This document shows positions 28,863-38,564 of a DNA stretch of 64,000 nucleotides, piece by piece. Origin of the DNA: an uncultured Deferribacteres bacterium (GTDB lineage Bacteria > Zhuqueibacterota > Zhuqueibacteria > Zhuqueibacterales > Geothermadaptataceae); contig CAXHAT010000007.1 of NCBI GenBank assembly GCA_964014485.1, forward strand, positions 1,764 to 65,763. Reading direction: 5' to 3'. Each line of letters begins with the position of its first letter. Position 1 is the stretch's first letter. The notes under the pieces are model-generated. The model had not been told where the DNA came from. It searched no databases and saw only the letters and a list, made by a program, of their open reading frames with translations. The position numbers and the translations under genes were made by a program.

Positions 28863-29666
28863 TTGGAAAAATTGATGAAAAGCAAAAACGAAGCAGACGT
28901 TGATCTGTTATACAATAGCCCGAATGCGCTGGTTGAAAAATACCAAAGCACGATTTCAATCATTGTGCAAAAATTTGTTTCCTCAGGCTTTTTCCGCACC
29001 GATGAAAAAGAAGACGTGATTCAATTCATCAACTTGCGATTGTTGGAAAGCCGGATTCGAAACATGCAGGCGCAGTATAATCACACTTGCTTCGTCTCGA
29101 CTTATTTTTCCAAAATAGTCTACAATTTGTGCCTGGAGCACAAGCGCGGTCGGAAGCGCGCGGAGGGGGCGGCGGAATCTCTCGAAGAGCGCCACTACGA
29201 CGGTATGAGCGAAAAAGAAGAAGTCGTCTATTCTGAATTGGTGATCCAGGCCGAATTCAAAAGACTCGAAACGATTTTAAAGCTTTTCGGCAAGACGCGA
29301 CACAAGGTCGAGCTTATCCTCAAGCTTGTTGCGCGCATCATTGTTTTACGGCGCGACGTGCTGGCCTTTTGCCCGGGTTGCACTTCCGAAAAGCTCAAAA
29401 GATTTCTCCAATTATTCGGGGTGAATTTTGATCATTTGCGCGATAAAGAAGTCTATGCCGGCGCAACGCCGCTCGTAAACGCTTGCGATCAAAAAAAGAA
29501 CTCGCCGGATGCTCTACGAAAATGGGTTAAATCGAAGGTACAGGAGATTCTCGATCTTTTGAACGGTCGTTTGAAAACGTCAAACTATGATGAAAGCGCC
29601 TTCAAAATCTTGCTGCAAAAATATTATGAAACCGGGATTTCCAGTGAGGCGTTGCATGAATCGTAG
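28863..29666 (+). CDS. Hypothetical protein with a sigma-70 region-2-like N-terminal half (divergent ECF-like?)
   Basis: EDVIQFINLRLLE ... FVSTYFSKIVYNLCLEHKR resembles the sigma-70 r2 pattern. The remainder is unrecognised. TTG 28863 or ATG 28875 start. Confidence 0.4.
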   Translation: MEKLMKSKNEADVDLLYNSPNALVEKYQSTISIIVQKFVSSGFFRTDEKEDVIQFINLRLLESRIRNMQAQYNHTCFVSTYFSKIVYNLCLEHKRGRKRAEGAAESLEERHYDGMSEKEEVVYSELVIQAEFKRLETILKLFGKTRHKVELILKLVARIIVLRRDVLAFCPGCTSEKLKRFLQLFGVNFDHLRDKEVYAGATPLVNACDQKKNSPDALRKWVKSKVQEILDLLNGRLKTSNYDESAFKILLQKYYETGISSEALHES

Positions 29667-29743
29667 GCCCTTAAGGAGCGCCTGAGCCTTCTCTTGAAGC
29701 TTTAAGTTATGTCTTTTGGCTATCTTTAAAACATGGGGTTTAA

Positions 29744-32743
29744 ATGCAGTTTCGATACAATTTCTTGCTTTTGTCGGCTCTGTCCATTTTTTCCACAATC
29801 GATCTTTCCGCGCAAGTCACTGGCGCAATTTCCGGACGCGTGATTGACGACAGCACCGGCGTACCGCTCCAGGCTGCGAACGTTTTTCTCGCCAATACGA
29901 TGATTGGAACGGCGACCAACGCCAACGGCTTTTTTACCTTACACAACCCGCCCGGAGGATCGCACCAAATCGTCGTTTCCATGATCGGCTACAAAGTTGC
30001 GTCAGCACGTGTTGAGGTTTATGGCATGGATGATCAACAATTAGAATTTCGACTGAAGCCGACCGTGCTGCAAGCGCCGGAAATCACCGTTAAGGCGTTG
30101 AGCGACAGAACGAGGAAAGCCTGGTTCAAGCTGTTTGCTTCGATACTTCTCGGGCAAAGCAAGAACGCGACGCAATGCAAAATCATCAACCCTGAGGTGG
30201 TGCGATTAAACAAGCCTGACGATAAGACGCTCGTCGCTTTTAGTGATGAACCGATCATCGTAGAAAACCGGGCCTTGGGCTACAAAGTACAGTACATTTT
30301 AGAAGATTTTCACGCTTCCGACAGCATCATCGCCTACAATGGGAAAATTTGGTTTCAAGAACTTGCGCCCAAAAACGACGGCCAAAGCAAGCGCTGGGCG
30401 AAAAAACGTGAAAGAGCCTATCACGGCTCGTTGAGGCATTTTCTGGCGACTTTGTCCAGACCGCAATCGCAGAAATCGGCTTTCTCGATTTTTAGACTGC
30501 CGGAATCTCAAAAATCAAAAGAACCCGTCACAATTCCGCCTGAATCGCTTTGGGTTGCCACAGGTCGGCCATTTGAAAAAAAACTGGTTTTTGAAGACAA
30601 GGTTTATGTTTTCTTTGACGGCGAAAAAGCCGAGCAGAATTATGTCGATTTGATCCTGAGCCAGGGGCCGGGAGGGGTGAATCGAAACAGAATAAGCGAC
30701 GCATCGCTGCGCCTGCGAAAACACTGGGCGCCGAAAACCTATGATCAAATGTCGATGCTCACGCTTCTCGAGCCGGGAACCGTGATCGATTCAGACGGTC
30801 ACGTTTACAGCCCGAAGGACATACTTCTTGGCGGCTACATGGGATTTGAGCGGCTTGCTGAGAAATTGCCGTGGGAGTACTACCCAGATTCACAGAACGG
30901 GCTCGACTTTCAAACAACGGCGACGGCGATCAAGCAGAATCCCGGCAGTTTTGAACAAGGCCTGGAACTTAAAAAGCAAGGCGAGTGGGAAAAAGCCTTG
31001 CAGGTTTGGTGGCGAGAGCATGTCGCAATGGATGTTTCGGGACAGGGCGACCCGCGCATCGGAATCGCATTTATTGAGCTTGCGACGGAACGGAAAGCGT
31101 CAAAATTTTACGGTACGGCGTGCGAGATTTATTTGAAAAATGTCCAGAACGCAAAAGTTGGAAAATTCGCCAAAATTCTGCGCAATGAAGCGGCGCGCGT
31201 GATTCCGCTGCTTGACGAGGAAAGTGCTAAAAAATGGCAAAATTTGGCGAAGAATGATTTAAGAAAATTGACCCGTGAAATGGTCATCTTTTGGAATGCT
31301 CAGGATCCCAATCCCATGACTTCCGGCAACGAAAGATTGATCGAACATTGGGAGCGCATTGCGCACGCTCGCAAGGAATTTACGCTGGCGGTTCGTGAGC
31401 CTTACGGCACAGACGATCGCGGCAAAGTTTATGTTAAATACGGCCAGCCGGATCGTTTGAAAACGGGCAGTCTCGGTTCAAACATAACTGAATTGTACCG
31501 CATTGCGGAGAATCGTGAGCTGCGCGAAAACATCTTGTTTTATGACGCCAAGCCCGACTATGAAGTCTGGATTTATTACGGACTCAATCCGGAACAATCG
31601 GTTGTTTATCTTTTCGGGCATCGCGGCGGGACGGGCACTTTTGGGCTGGTCGGCGGCGTTGAAGATTTGATCTTTGAATCGGCGTTCAGTCGTTCCACGG
31701 AGCGAATTGTCGGCCCGATCCGCCCGGGTTATTATTTGCAGATGAGCTATTACAATGAGCTGGCTGCTCTGGACGACTATTTCATGGATCGCTACGATTG
31801 GCTCAACACCGAGTGGGGCAAGATCGGCAGCGGCACTTTCCGCGTTAATCCGCAAACGCTCAAGTCTTATTTTCAATCTATTGACGCGCGCAATCATTTT
31901 GAGCCGACGGATAAGTACGCAGAGTCCGCGCGCTCGGATTTTGCCGAGAAATTCAATACGATCCAGATCAAGCCATTTACTTATCGTTTTCTTGACGATA
32001 AGCAGCAACCGCTACAAATTGTCTACATCGTTTCACAATACAAAATTTCTTCCGCGGCGTTCGGGAAGGACGAGAACAAGAACATTTACCTGCCGGATTT
32101 GACGATTCGTCATTCGCTGATCAACTACGATCAAAACTTGCGGCAACTGAGCCAAACAGCGCCGGTTATTGAGCAGCCTGAAAGAAATGCTGCGCTTTTC
32201 GTGCTTCCCGACACGCCGCAAATCGATTCTTTTTTGATCACGGCGCAGGCGAAAGACGAGTATGAGGGCGGAAAAGCCGATTCCGTTTTCGGTATTGGAA
32301 AATCAGAATTCATAAAAAAGAGCGCTCTGCCTCATGGCAAAAACAGGCTCGTTTTGAGTGATATGGCGATCGGCGTGTTGACGGACGAGGAAATTCCTGC
32401 GACGTTCCCGCTGCCGTTTTTGCCTTCGGACACTTTCTGGCGTGAAGAACCTGTGCAGACTTACCTTGAAGTTTACAACCTAGCGCCGAACGATGACGGC
32501 GATTTTAGATTTCAGCTTGATTTTCGCGTTTCGCGCCTGAACAAGAATGGTGAGGTTAACGAGAAAAAAGGCCAAATTACCCAGAGCTTTACTTTTGACG
32601 CCGAGAAAAGCACAAGCAAGGAGACTTTCGGAGTGGATATTTCGAAGTTAAGGACGGGAGACTATGAATTTTTTATCAACGTCACGGATTTAACTTCGCA
32701 GGAAAACGCGACGCGAAAAACGACGTTCAGTGTGACAAAATAA
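29744..32743 (+). CDS. Large secreted protein: CarboxypepD_reg-like N-terminal domain plus a GWxTD-type domain
   Basis: Signal peptide. GRVIDDSTGVPLQAANVFL...SMIGY (carboxypeptidase-regulatory-like fold). PYGTDDRGKVYVKYGQPD followed by YEVWIY resembles the GWxTD-domain core. Confidence 0.6.
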   Translation: MQFRYNFLLLSALSIFSTIDLSAQVTGAISGRVIDDSTGVPLQAANVFLANTMIGTATNANGFFTLHNPPGGSHQIVVSMIGYKVASARVEVYGMDDQQLEFRLKPTVLQAPEITVKALSDRTRKAWFKLFASILLGQSKNATQCKIINPEVVRLNKPDDKTLVAFSDEPIIVENRALGYKVQYILEDFHASDSIIAYNGKIWFQELAPKNDGQSKRWAKKRERAYHGSLRHFLATLSRPQSQKSAFSIFRLPESQKSKEPVTIPPESLWVATGRPFEKKLVFEDKVYVFFDGEKAEQNYVDLILSQGPGGVNRNRISDASLRLRKHWAPKTYDQMSMLTLLEPGTVIDSDGHVYSPKDILLGGYMGFERLAEKLPWEYYPDSQNGLDFQTTATAIKQNPGSFEQGLELKKQGEWEKALQVWWREHVAMDVSGQGDPRIGIAFIELATERKASKFYGTACEIYLKNVQNAKVGKFAKILRNEAARVIPLLDEESAKKWQNLAKNDLRKLTREMVIFWNAQDPNPMTSGNERLIEHWERIAHARKEFTLAVREPYGTDDRGKVYVKYGQPDRLKTGSLGSNITELYRIAENRELRENILFYDAKPDYEVWIYYGLNPEQSVVYLFGHRGGTGTFGLVGGVEDLIFESAFSRSTERIVGPIRPGYYLQMSYYNELAALDDYFMDRYDWLNTEWGKIGSGTFRVNPQTLKSYFQSIDARNHFEPTDKYAESARSDFAEKFNTIQIKPFTYRFLDDKQQPLQIVYIVSQYKISSAAFGKDENKNIYLPDLTIRHSLINYDQNLRQLSQTAPVIEQPERNAALFVLPDTPQIDSFLITAQAKDEYEGGKADSVFGIGKSEFIKKSALPHGKNRLVLSDMAIGVLTDEEIPATFPLPFLPSDTFWREEPVQTYLEVYNLAPNDDGDFRFQLDFRVSRLNKNGEVNEKKGQITQSFTFDAEKSTSKETFGVDISKLRTGDYEFFINVTDLTSQENATRKTTFSVTK

Positions 32744-32783
32744 TCGAGCTGATTGAAGGTTTTGCAAGTGAGTTGTCGGCGGC

Positions 32784-33926
32784 TCAACGACCGTTGGTTT
32801 TGCCCGCCTTTTTCATAAAAGTGGGGATTTTTCTGGAGGGGAGTTCAAGCATAAGGCCGCTTTCGCTGAAGAAGAATAGATCGCCAATCATTAAGCCGAT
32901 GGAGCTGCGCAGCGGCCGCCAATTTTCACGATAGGCCTCGGCGTCAATGCGTGTGCCGTCTTTGTCTTTTTGAACCAAGCGCACCCGCTCCGGATATTCA
33001 CGATTGATCATGAACGGCGAATGCGTCGTGTAAAAAATTTGATTCTTGATCGCCAAATCTTCCATGACGCGGGTCAAATCTTTTTGCCCGGCGGGGTGCA
33101 AATGGATGCCGGGTTCATCAATGAGAAAAATGTATTCGTTTGCGCGCGCTTCAAAAGTTTGCGCAATAAAATTGATGTAGAACGACAAATACCAGCGGAA
33201 GCCCATGCTGCGCGACTCCGGCGTGTCGAAAACCGTGGTGCCGTCCGAGATGTCAATGTAAAGAATTTTGCCGTTGACGTTGAGCTTAATTTCGATGGTC
33301 GGCTCCTGGCTCCAGACGCGCCGCATCTGCTGGGTAATCAACCGGCTTGCTTCTTCACTTGCTCGCCTGCCGCGCGTCGAGTCTTCAAAAATCAATTCCG
33401 GATTGACGACGCCGCCGATTCTTAACAAGTTGCGTTCGGTGCGAAAGCTTTCATTCTTCGCGGTCAAATCGTCCAATGTTGCGCGACTTTTTAGTAATGG
33501 AATGTCGTCAAAAAACAGAACTTTGGGAAGCACGCCGAGAAATCTGGCCATGTCTGAAATTTTGACTTCGCTGTCACCAACGAATACAGTATAGTCATCC
33601 AGATGAGGCCCGGCCTTTCGAATGACAAAGCGGTCAATGTCTTTGAACGCGTCAGAGAATTTGAGCAGATTGCGCCGGTTTTCTTTGGTGAATTCCGAAA
33701 ATTCAAGATTGACTTCCGGCGGCTTGCCTTGGTAATAATTGTCGGAATACTGGCAGGTGAGAGAATTGTCAAAAGCCATCCCCGGAGAAAAACTGAGCAG
33801 CGCCTTCAGGATATTCGATTTGCCGCTTTCGTTCGCTCCGATAAAAATGGTGATCTTCGAATCCACCGGCGTCGAAAGCTCAAAAACCGATTTAAAAGCA
33901 CGAAAAAATACGCGCGAAATAACCAT
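32784..33926 (-). CDS. Solitary ABC-type (AAA_15/AAA_21, OLD/AriA-like) ATPase without a nuclease domain
   Basis: Walker A GANESGKSN, Walker B/D-loop IFLIDEPGIHLHP, H-loop TTHSPFM. Confidence 0.7.
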   Translation of the reverse strand: MVISRVFFRAFKSVFELSTPVDSKITIFIGANESGKSNILKALLSFSPGMAFDNSLTCQYSDNYYQGKPPEVNLEFSEFTKENRRNLLKFSDAFKDIDRFVIRKAGPHLDDYTVFVGDSEVKISDMARFLGVLPKVLFFDDIPLLKSRATLDDLTAKNESFRTERNLLRIGGVVNPELIFEDSTRGRRASEEASRLITQQMRRVWSQEPTIEIKLNVNGKILYIDISDGTTVFDTPESRSMGFRWYLSFYINFIAQTFEARANEYIFLIDEPGIHLHPAGQKDLTRVMEDLAIKNQIFYTTHSPFMINREYPERVRLVQKDKDGTRIDAEAYRENWRPLRSSIGLMIGDLFFFSESGLMLELPSRKIPTFMKKAGKTNGR

Positions 33927-34049
33927 TCAGCGGCCTCACTAAATCATCAATTCCGAAATGGGCGAAAAATATACAACGAGCTTGAGTTGCAAGCAAGCGA
34001 AAACAAAGTTGAACCGTGACTTGCGATACACAAAAGCGTCGGGCAATGA

Positions 34050-34085
34050 AACAAAAAACCCGGACAAAATTCATCGTCCGGGTTG
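34050..34085 (-). terminator. Rho-independent terminator downstream of clpC
   Basis: On the minus strand: ACCCGGACGATGAATTTTGTCCGGGT followed by TTTTTTGTTT. Confidence 0.7.
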
Positions 34086-34126
34086 TCGTTTAGGCTTTGT
34101 TGAAGGATTTAAGAGAGAACTGCTCT

Positions 34127-36646
34127 CTAACTTTCAATTTCTTCCGGTTCTTCTTCGGCGGAGTTTTCAGCCGCTTCTTCCGTTTCCTCTGGTTCCGGTT
34201 CTTTTTTGTCAGAATGCACAACTTTGCGTCCGGTTTCGGTGAATTCCAAATCACCGTCCTTCATTGTGACTTCAATCTGGCTGCCGTCGCCGAATTTATT
34301 GCGAAGAATCTCTTCAGCGATGGGGTCTTCGATGAATTTCTGAATCACGCGACGCAGCGGACGCGCGCCGTAAGTTTCGTCGAAACCTTCTTCGACGATA
34401 TAGTCTTTCGCATCCTGATTCAGCGTTATTTCGATTTCTCTGTCTGCAACGCGAGAGGTCATTTCTTCCAAAACGATATCGACGATGGAGTCCATGTTTT
34501 CTTTTGTCAGAGAATGGAAAACGACGATTTCGTCGACGCGGTTCAGAAACTCCGGATTGAAGAGTTTCTTGACCTCGTCCATGATTTTCCGGTGCATCTT
34601 GTCATAATCAATGCCGCCTGCATCAGTGGAAAATCCGAATCCGCCGGATTTCTTAACTTCGCGGGCGCCAACGTTGGACGTCATGATCAAAATCGTGTTT
34701 TTGAAATCGACTTTCCGCCCCAGACCGTCCGTCAATTGCCCGTCGTCGAGAATTTGCAGTAGAATGTTGAAAACGTCCGGATGCGCTTTTTCGATTTCGT
34801 CAAAAAGCACGACGGAATAGGGGTGCCGCCGGACTTTTTCGGTCAATTGTCCGCCTTCTTCATAGCCTACATAGCCGGGAGGCGGCCCGGTCAAGCGAGA
34901 AACGGAGAATTTTTCCATGTACTCGGACATATCCAGACGGATAAGCGAATCCTCTTTTCGGAAAAGGTATTGAGCAAGCTCTTTGGCCAACTGCGTCTTA
35001 CCAACGCCGGTCGGGCCAAGGAAGATAAACGAGCCGATGGGACGATGCGGGTCTTTCAGGCCGGCGCGCGTTCTGCGAATCGCCTTCGAAAGCATGTGGA
35101 TCACTTCATCCTGACCAACGATGCGTTTCTTCAATTCTTCCGGCATGTTGAGAATTTTTTCAGACTCGGATTCGGCGACTCGCCGCACCGGAATGCCGGT
35201 CATCATTGCAACGACGTCCGAAATGTCTTCTTCGGAAACCGTTGCTATAATTTCGTCTTCTTTTTCACGCCATCTGCGCTTTGCGGAATCGAGCCTGCGG
35301 TTCAAGCGTTTTTCCTGATCGCGCAAAACCGCCGCACGTTCGAACTCCTGGTTTTTGATAACCTTGTCCTTTTCGCGGCGGACGTTTTTAATATTTTCTT
35401 CAAGCTCGGTAATTTCCTTCGGCACAACGATGTTCGACAAATGGATGCGAGCGCCAGTCTCGTCGAGCACGTCAATCGCCTTGTCCGGCAAGTAGCGGTC
35501 GCTGATGTATCGTTCGGAAAGACGAACCGCCGCCACGATGGCTTCATCTGAATATTTGACGTGATGATGATCCTCGTAACGATCCTTGAGGCCGTTCAAA
35601 ATTTGAATCGCCTCTTCCGGTGAGGGCGGATCAACCATGATTTTCTGGAAGCGACGCTCGAGCGCGCCGTCTTTTTCAATGTGCTGGCGATATTCGTCCA
35701 GCGTTGTCGCGCCGATGCATTGCAATTCTCCGCGTGAAAGGGCGGGTTTGAACATATTGGACGCATCAAGAGAACCGCTCGCCCCGCCAGCCCCGACAAT
35801 GGTGTGAAGCTCGTCGATGAAAAGCACAACGTCTTTTGCGCGATAAAGCTCGTTCATGATCGCCTTCATCCGCTCTTCAAATTGCCCGCGATATTTTGTC
35901 CCGGCGACGATGGCGCCCAAATCGAGCGTAACGAGTCGCTTGTTGTGCAAAATTCGCGGCACCTTGCGATCCACGATGCGAATGGCCAAGCCTTCCGCGA
36001 TTGCCGTTTTGCCAACCCCGGGTTCGCCGATTAACACGGGGTTGTTTTTCTTGCGCCGACTCAAAATTTGTGCAACGCGCTCGATTTCCATTTCTCGACC
36101 AATGACGGGATCGAGTTCATTTTTGCGAGCGAGTTCGGTAAGATCGCGACCAAAATGGTCAAGGGCGGGAGTTTTGGAACGTTGGCTGGTATTTTCTTTT
36201 GAGGAAGGCGTGCCTCGTAAAATGTTTTCCAGTTCTTCGCGCACAGAGTCGTAAGTGACGTCAAAATTCAAAAGCACTTGAGCCGCAACGCCGTCTTTTT
36301 CCTTAACGAGCGCCAGAAGAAGGTGCTCCGTGCCGATAATGTCGGACTTGTATTTTTCCGCTTCAACGTACGCCATTTTCAGAATTTTTTCGGCGCGCTT
36401 GGTGAACGGGATATTGCCGATGGTCATCGTTTCACCAGTCGTCTTGACGGCGTCTTCAATCGAACGCTTGATTTCGTCAAGATCTGAACCCAGATTCCTC
36501 AAAATTTCTACTGCAATGCCCTCGCCCTCACGGATCAGGCCCAAGAGCAAATGTTCAGTCCCAATATAGTCATGTCCTAGACGCAGCGCTTCCTCCCTTG
36601 AAAACTGAATCACCATCTGGACGCGACTGGAAAAATTGTTTTTCAT
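34127..36646 (-). CDS. clpC: ATP-dependent Clp protease ATP-binding subunit ClpC
   Basis: Double Clp_N repeat ([10 protein letters not shown] / [10 protein letters not shown]). NBD1 [12 protein letters not shown]-like linker. NBD2 [16 protein letters not shown]. Acidic tail. Confidence 0.95.
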   Translation of the reverse strand: MKNNFSSRVQMVIQFSREEALRLGHDYIGTEHLLLGLIREGEGIAVEILRNLGSDLDEIKRSIEDAVKTTGETMTIGNIPFTKRAEKILKMAYVEAEKYKSDIIGTEHLLLALVKEKDGVAAQVLLNFDVTYDSVREELENILRGTPSSKENTSQRSKTPALDHFGRDLTELARKNELDPVIGREMEIERVAQILSRRKKNNPVLIGEPGVGKTAIAEGLAIRIVDRKVPRILHNKRLVTLDLGAIVAGTKYRGQFEERMKAIMNELYRAKDVVLFIDELHTIVGAGGASGSLDASNMFKPALSRGELQCIGATTLDEYRQHIEKDGALERRFQKIMVDPPSPEEAIQILNGLKDRYEDHHHVKYSDEAIVAAVRLSERYISDRYLPDKAIDVLDETGARIHLSNIVVPKEITELEENIKNVRREKDKVIKNQEFERAAVLRDQEKRLNRRLDSAKRRWREKEDEIIATVSEEDISDVVAMMTGIPVRRVAESESEKILNMPEELKKRIVGQDEVIHMLSKAIRRTRAGLKDPHRPIGSFIFLGPTGVGKTQLAKELAQYLFRKEDSLIRLDMSEYMEKFSVSRLTGPPPGYVGYEEGGQLTEKVRRHPYSVVLFDEIEKAHPDVFNILLQILDDGQLTDGLGRKVDFKNTILIMTSNVGAREVKKSGGFGFSTDAGGIDYDKMHRKIMDEVKKLFNPEFLNRVDEIVVFHSLTKENMDSIVDIVLEEMTSRVADREIEITLNQDAKDYIVEEGFDETYGARPLRRVIQKFIEDPIAEEILRNKFGDGSQIEVTMKDGDLEFTETGRKVVHSDKKEPEPEETEEAAENSAEEEPEEIES

Positions 36647-36733
36647 CTACAGTCTCCGTGTTATGAAAAAGTTCGGCAATGTGTTGGCTTCAGTGCCGGC
36701 AATATTACGACTAATTTGATAAAAAGTAAAGTT

Positions 36734-37867
36734 TCAATTTATTCTCTCGCGACAAACAACGCTCGCAAAAACACTGCGAGCAAAGTTCGCGCGCATGGCG
36801 TCGACGCCATCGTCGGTTTCGTCAGCAACGCCATAATTTTTACAAAGATGCGCTCGGTTTGACAAAATCATCAGCTTGTTCAGCAAAACATGGTCAGCGC
36901 CCTGAATCATTCCCGAATCCAAGCCAAGCCTCACCATGGAAAGACGCTCGAAAAATTCTTCGAGGCTTATTATGCGCGCATTTTGTAAAGCGGCCAATGC
37001 GCGAAAAATTTTGTCGCTGATAAAATCTCTTTTTGTTTGAAACAAGAAACGCCGTGCTTCTAACTCCCTGGAAACAAAATCCTGAGCGGCTTTTGAGAGC
37101 CGTTTCAAAATTTCACTCTCGCTCTGCCCAAGTGTACGCTGGTTGGAGACTTGAAAGATATTCCCGTCAGCTCTCGAACCTTCTCCCGAAACGCCGCGAA
37201 AAGCGACTTGGTACTCAGGGTAGTTTTTTTTCATCTGTCGAATGCCGTCGCTCAAAACGAGCCCCGGCAAATGGATTTGAATTGAGGCGCGCAATCCTGT
37301 CCCCGTATTGGTCGGGCAAGCGGTGTGGTGTCCGAATCGTTCAGACTGTGCATAGTCCAGGAGCTTCGCAAGTTCGCCGTCGATCCAGGAAACCTGACGC
37401 CAGGCGGCTTCGAAATCAAGCCCGGAGCGCATGCTTTGTATGCGCAGATGATCTTCTTCGTTCACCAAAATACAGAACTGCTCCGACGGCTCAATGAGCG
37501 CCAATCTTGGCAAGGTTGATTTTATGAATTGCAAGCTAATCAAATGTCGCTCGCAAAGCGTTTCAGCAAGCAGCGAATCGACCTCGTCAATGCGAACCGG
37601 GACCGCACGCTTAAATAATGCGATCTTGCCTCGAACGGCCTCGAATTTTTCCAGAACAGCTTCCGCTTGCGTCGCGGATGCGCTGGGCGGAAAAGAAAAA
37701 CCTTTTAAGTTGCGAGCCAGGCGAATTCTGGTTGAAAAAATAATCTGGTTAACGGTTGAAGATTCTGATAACCACAGAGGCGGATTTTGGTGAAGTGTTT
37801 CAAGGAAGTTGGAAGTCTGATTCAATTCGCAGCTGGGTTTGGATCGTTTAATTTTGGAGGTTGACAA
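36734..37867 (-). CDS. mcsB: Protein arginine kinase McsB (ATP:guanido phosphotransferase)
   Basis: RIRLARNL..F.FP, NEEDHLRIQS, CPTNTGTGLRAS and FQVSNQRTLGQSE motifs. Only a TTG start is available at 37867, so the start is uncertain. Confidence 0.85.
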   Translation of the reverse strand: MSTSKIKRSKPSCELNQTSNFLETLHQNPPLWLSESSTVNQIIFSTRIRLARNLKGFSFPPSASATQAEAVLEKFEAVRGKIALFKRAVPVRIDEVDSLLAETLCERHLISLQFIKSTLPRLALIEPSEQFCILVNEEDHLRIQSMRSGLDFEAAWRQVSWIDGELAKLLDYAQSERFGHHTACPTNTGTGLRASIQIHLPGLVLSDGIRQMKKNYPEYQVAFRGVSGEGSRADGNIFQVSNQRTLGQSESEILKRLSKAAQDFVSRELEARRFLFQTKRDFISDKIFRALAALQNARIISLEEFFERLSMVRLGLDSGMIQGADHVLLNKLMILSNRAHLCKNYGVADETDDGVDAMRANFARSVFASVVCRERIN

Positions 37868-37932
37868 AACTGTTCATTCTGCAAAAATCTAATCGAGCGT
37901 CGCCTAAAATCATTTCACAATTTTTCCAGAAT

Positions 37933-38050
37933 GGGACTGTCTCAAAACATGATATTTTTAGAGCGCGACACAACATGTCGTAGGGGTTCAAAATCTTGAA
38001 CCCCAACATTTGGTATGCCTTTAGGCAGAGACCAGGTTTTAGACAGCCCC
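37933..38050. repeat. Family A palindromic repeat, copy 3 (between mcsA and mcsB)
   Basis: GGGACTGTCTCAAAACATG ... GTAGGGGTTCAAAATCTTGAACCCCAAC ... CCAGGTTTTAGACAGCCCC. Confidence 0.8.
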
Positions 38051-38189
38051 CGCAAGCTCCGAATCAAACGCTCAGGCGTTTGACTCCGCAATTACTCTTC
38101 GATCAAGTCCGCAAACGCAGTCAAGAAGCTAAATAGTAACACCCAGACGGCGCTTTGAAAATGGCAAACTTGCGACAACAATGTTCTTT

Positions 38190-38564
38190 TCAAGTCGCTG
38201 TCAAATCCTTGCTTGGATTTGAGCTCACATGCTCGCTGTGTCCGTGAATCTGGTGCAAAAGAATGGAGAGTTCTTCCTGGAAAGCTTCGTAGCATTGGTC
38301 GCAGCCTAACAATCCTGTGCGCTCAAAATTTTCTATCGTCAGCGAACAACCGGGGCACGCTTTTATCGGCTCGTCTGATTCGTCGCCTATAACATTTTCG
38401 AGAACGTGTTCGAAAAAATCGGAAAGCGCCGGGAGGTTTTTATCGTCAATCACGCCCGGCGAGCAACTATCGCAAATCGACAATTCTCGCTTCCGCCCGT
38501 TGATGATTTTTCGCGTCTGGATCGTCGCTTCGCCGGTCTCGCATACTTCGCAGATTTTATTCAC
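38190..38564 (-). CDS. mcsA: McsA-like activator of arginine kinase (zinc-finger plus UVR motif)
   Basis: CEVCETGEA...SICDSCS, CPGCS...LGCDQCYEAF and a UVR-like tail. GTG 38564 gives the canonical N-terminus and overlaps the lolD stop by 8 nt. Confidence 0.75.
   Translation of the reverse strand: MNKICEVCETGEATIQTRKIINGRKRELSICDSCSPGVIDDKNLPALSDFFEHVLENVIGDESDEPIKACPGCSLTIENFERTGLLGCDQCYEAFQEELSILLHQIHGHSEHVSSNPSKDLTAT

Noticed and set aside
38092-38295. 67-aa ORF downstream of mcsA
   Set aside because: It overlaps the mcsA 3' end in another frame, and has no RBS or recognisable features.
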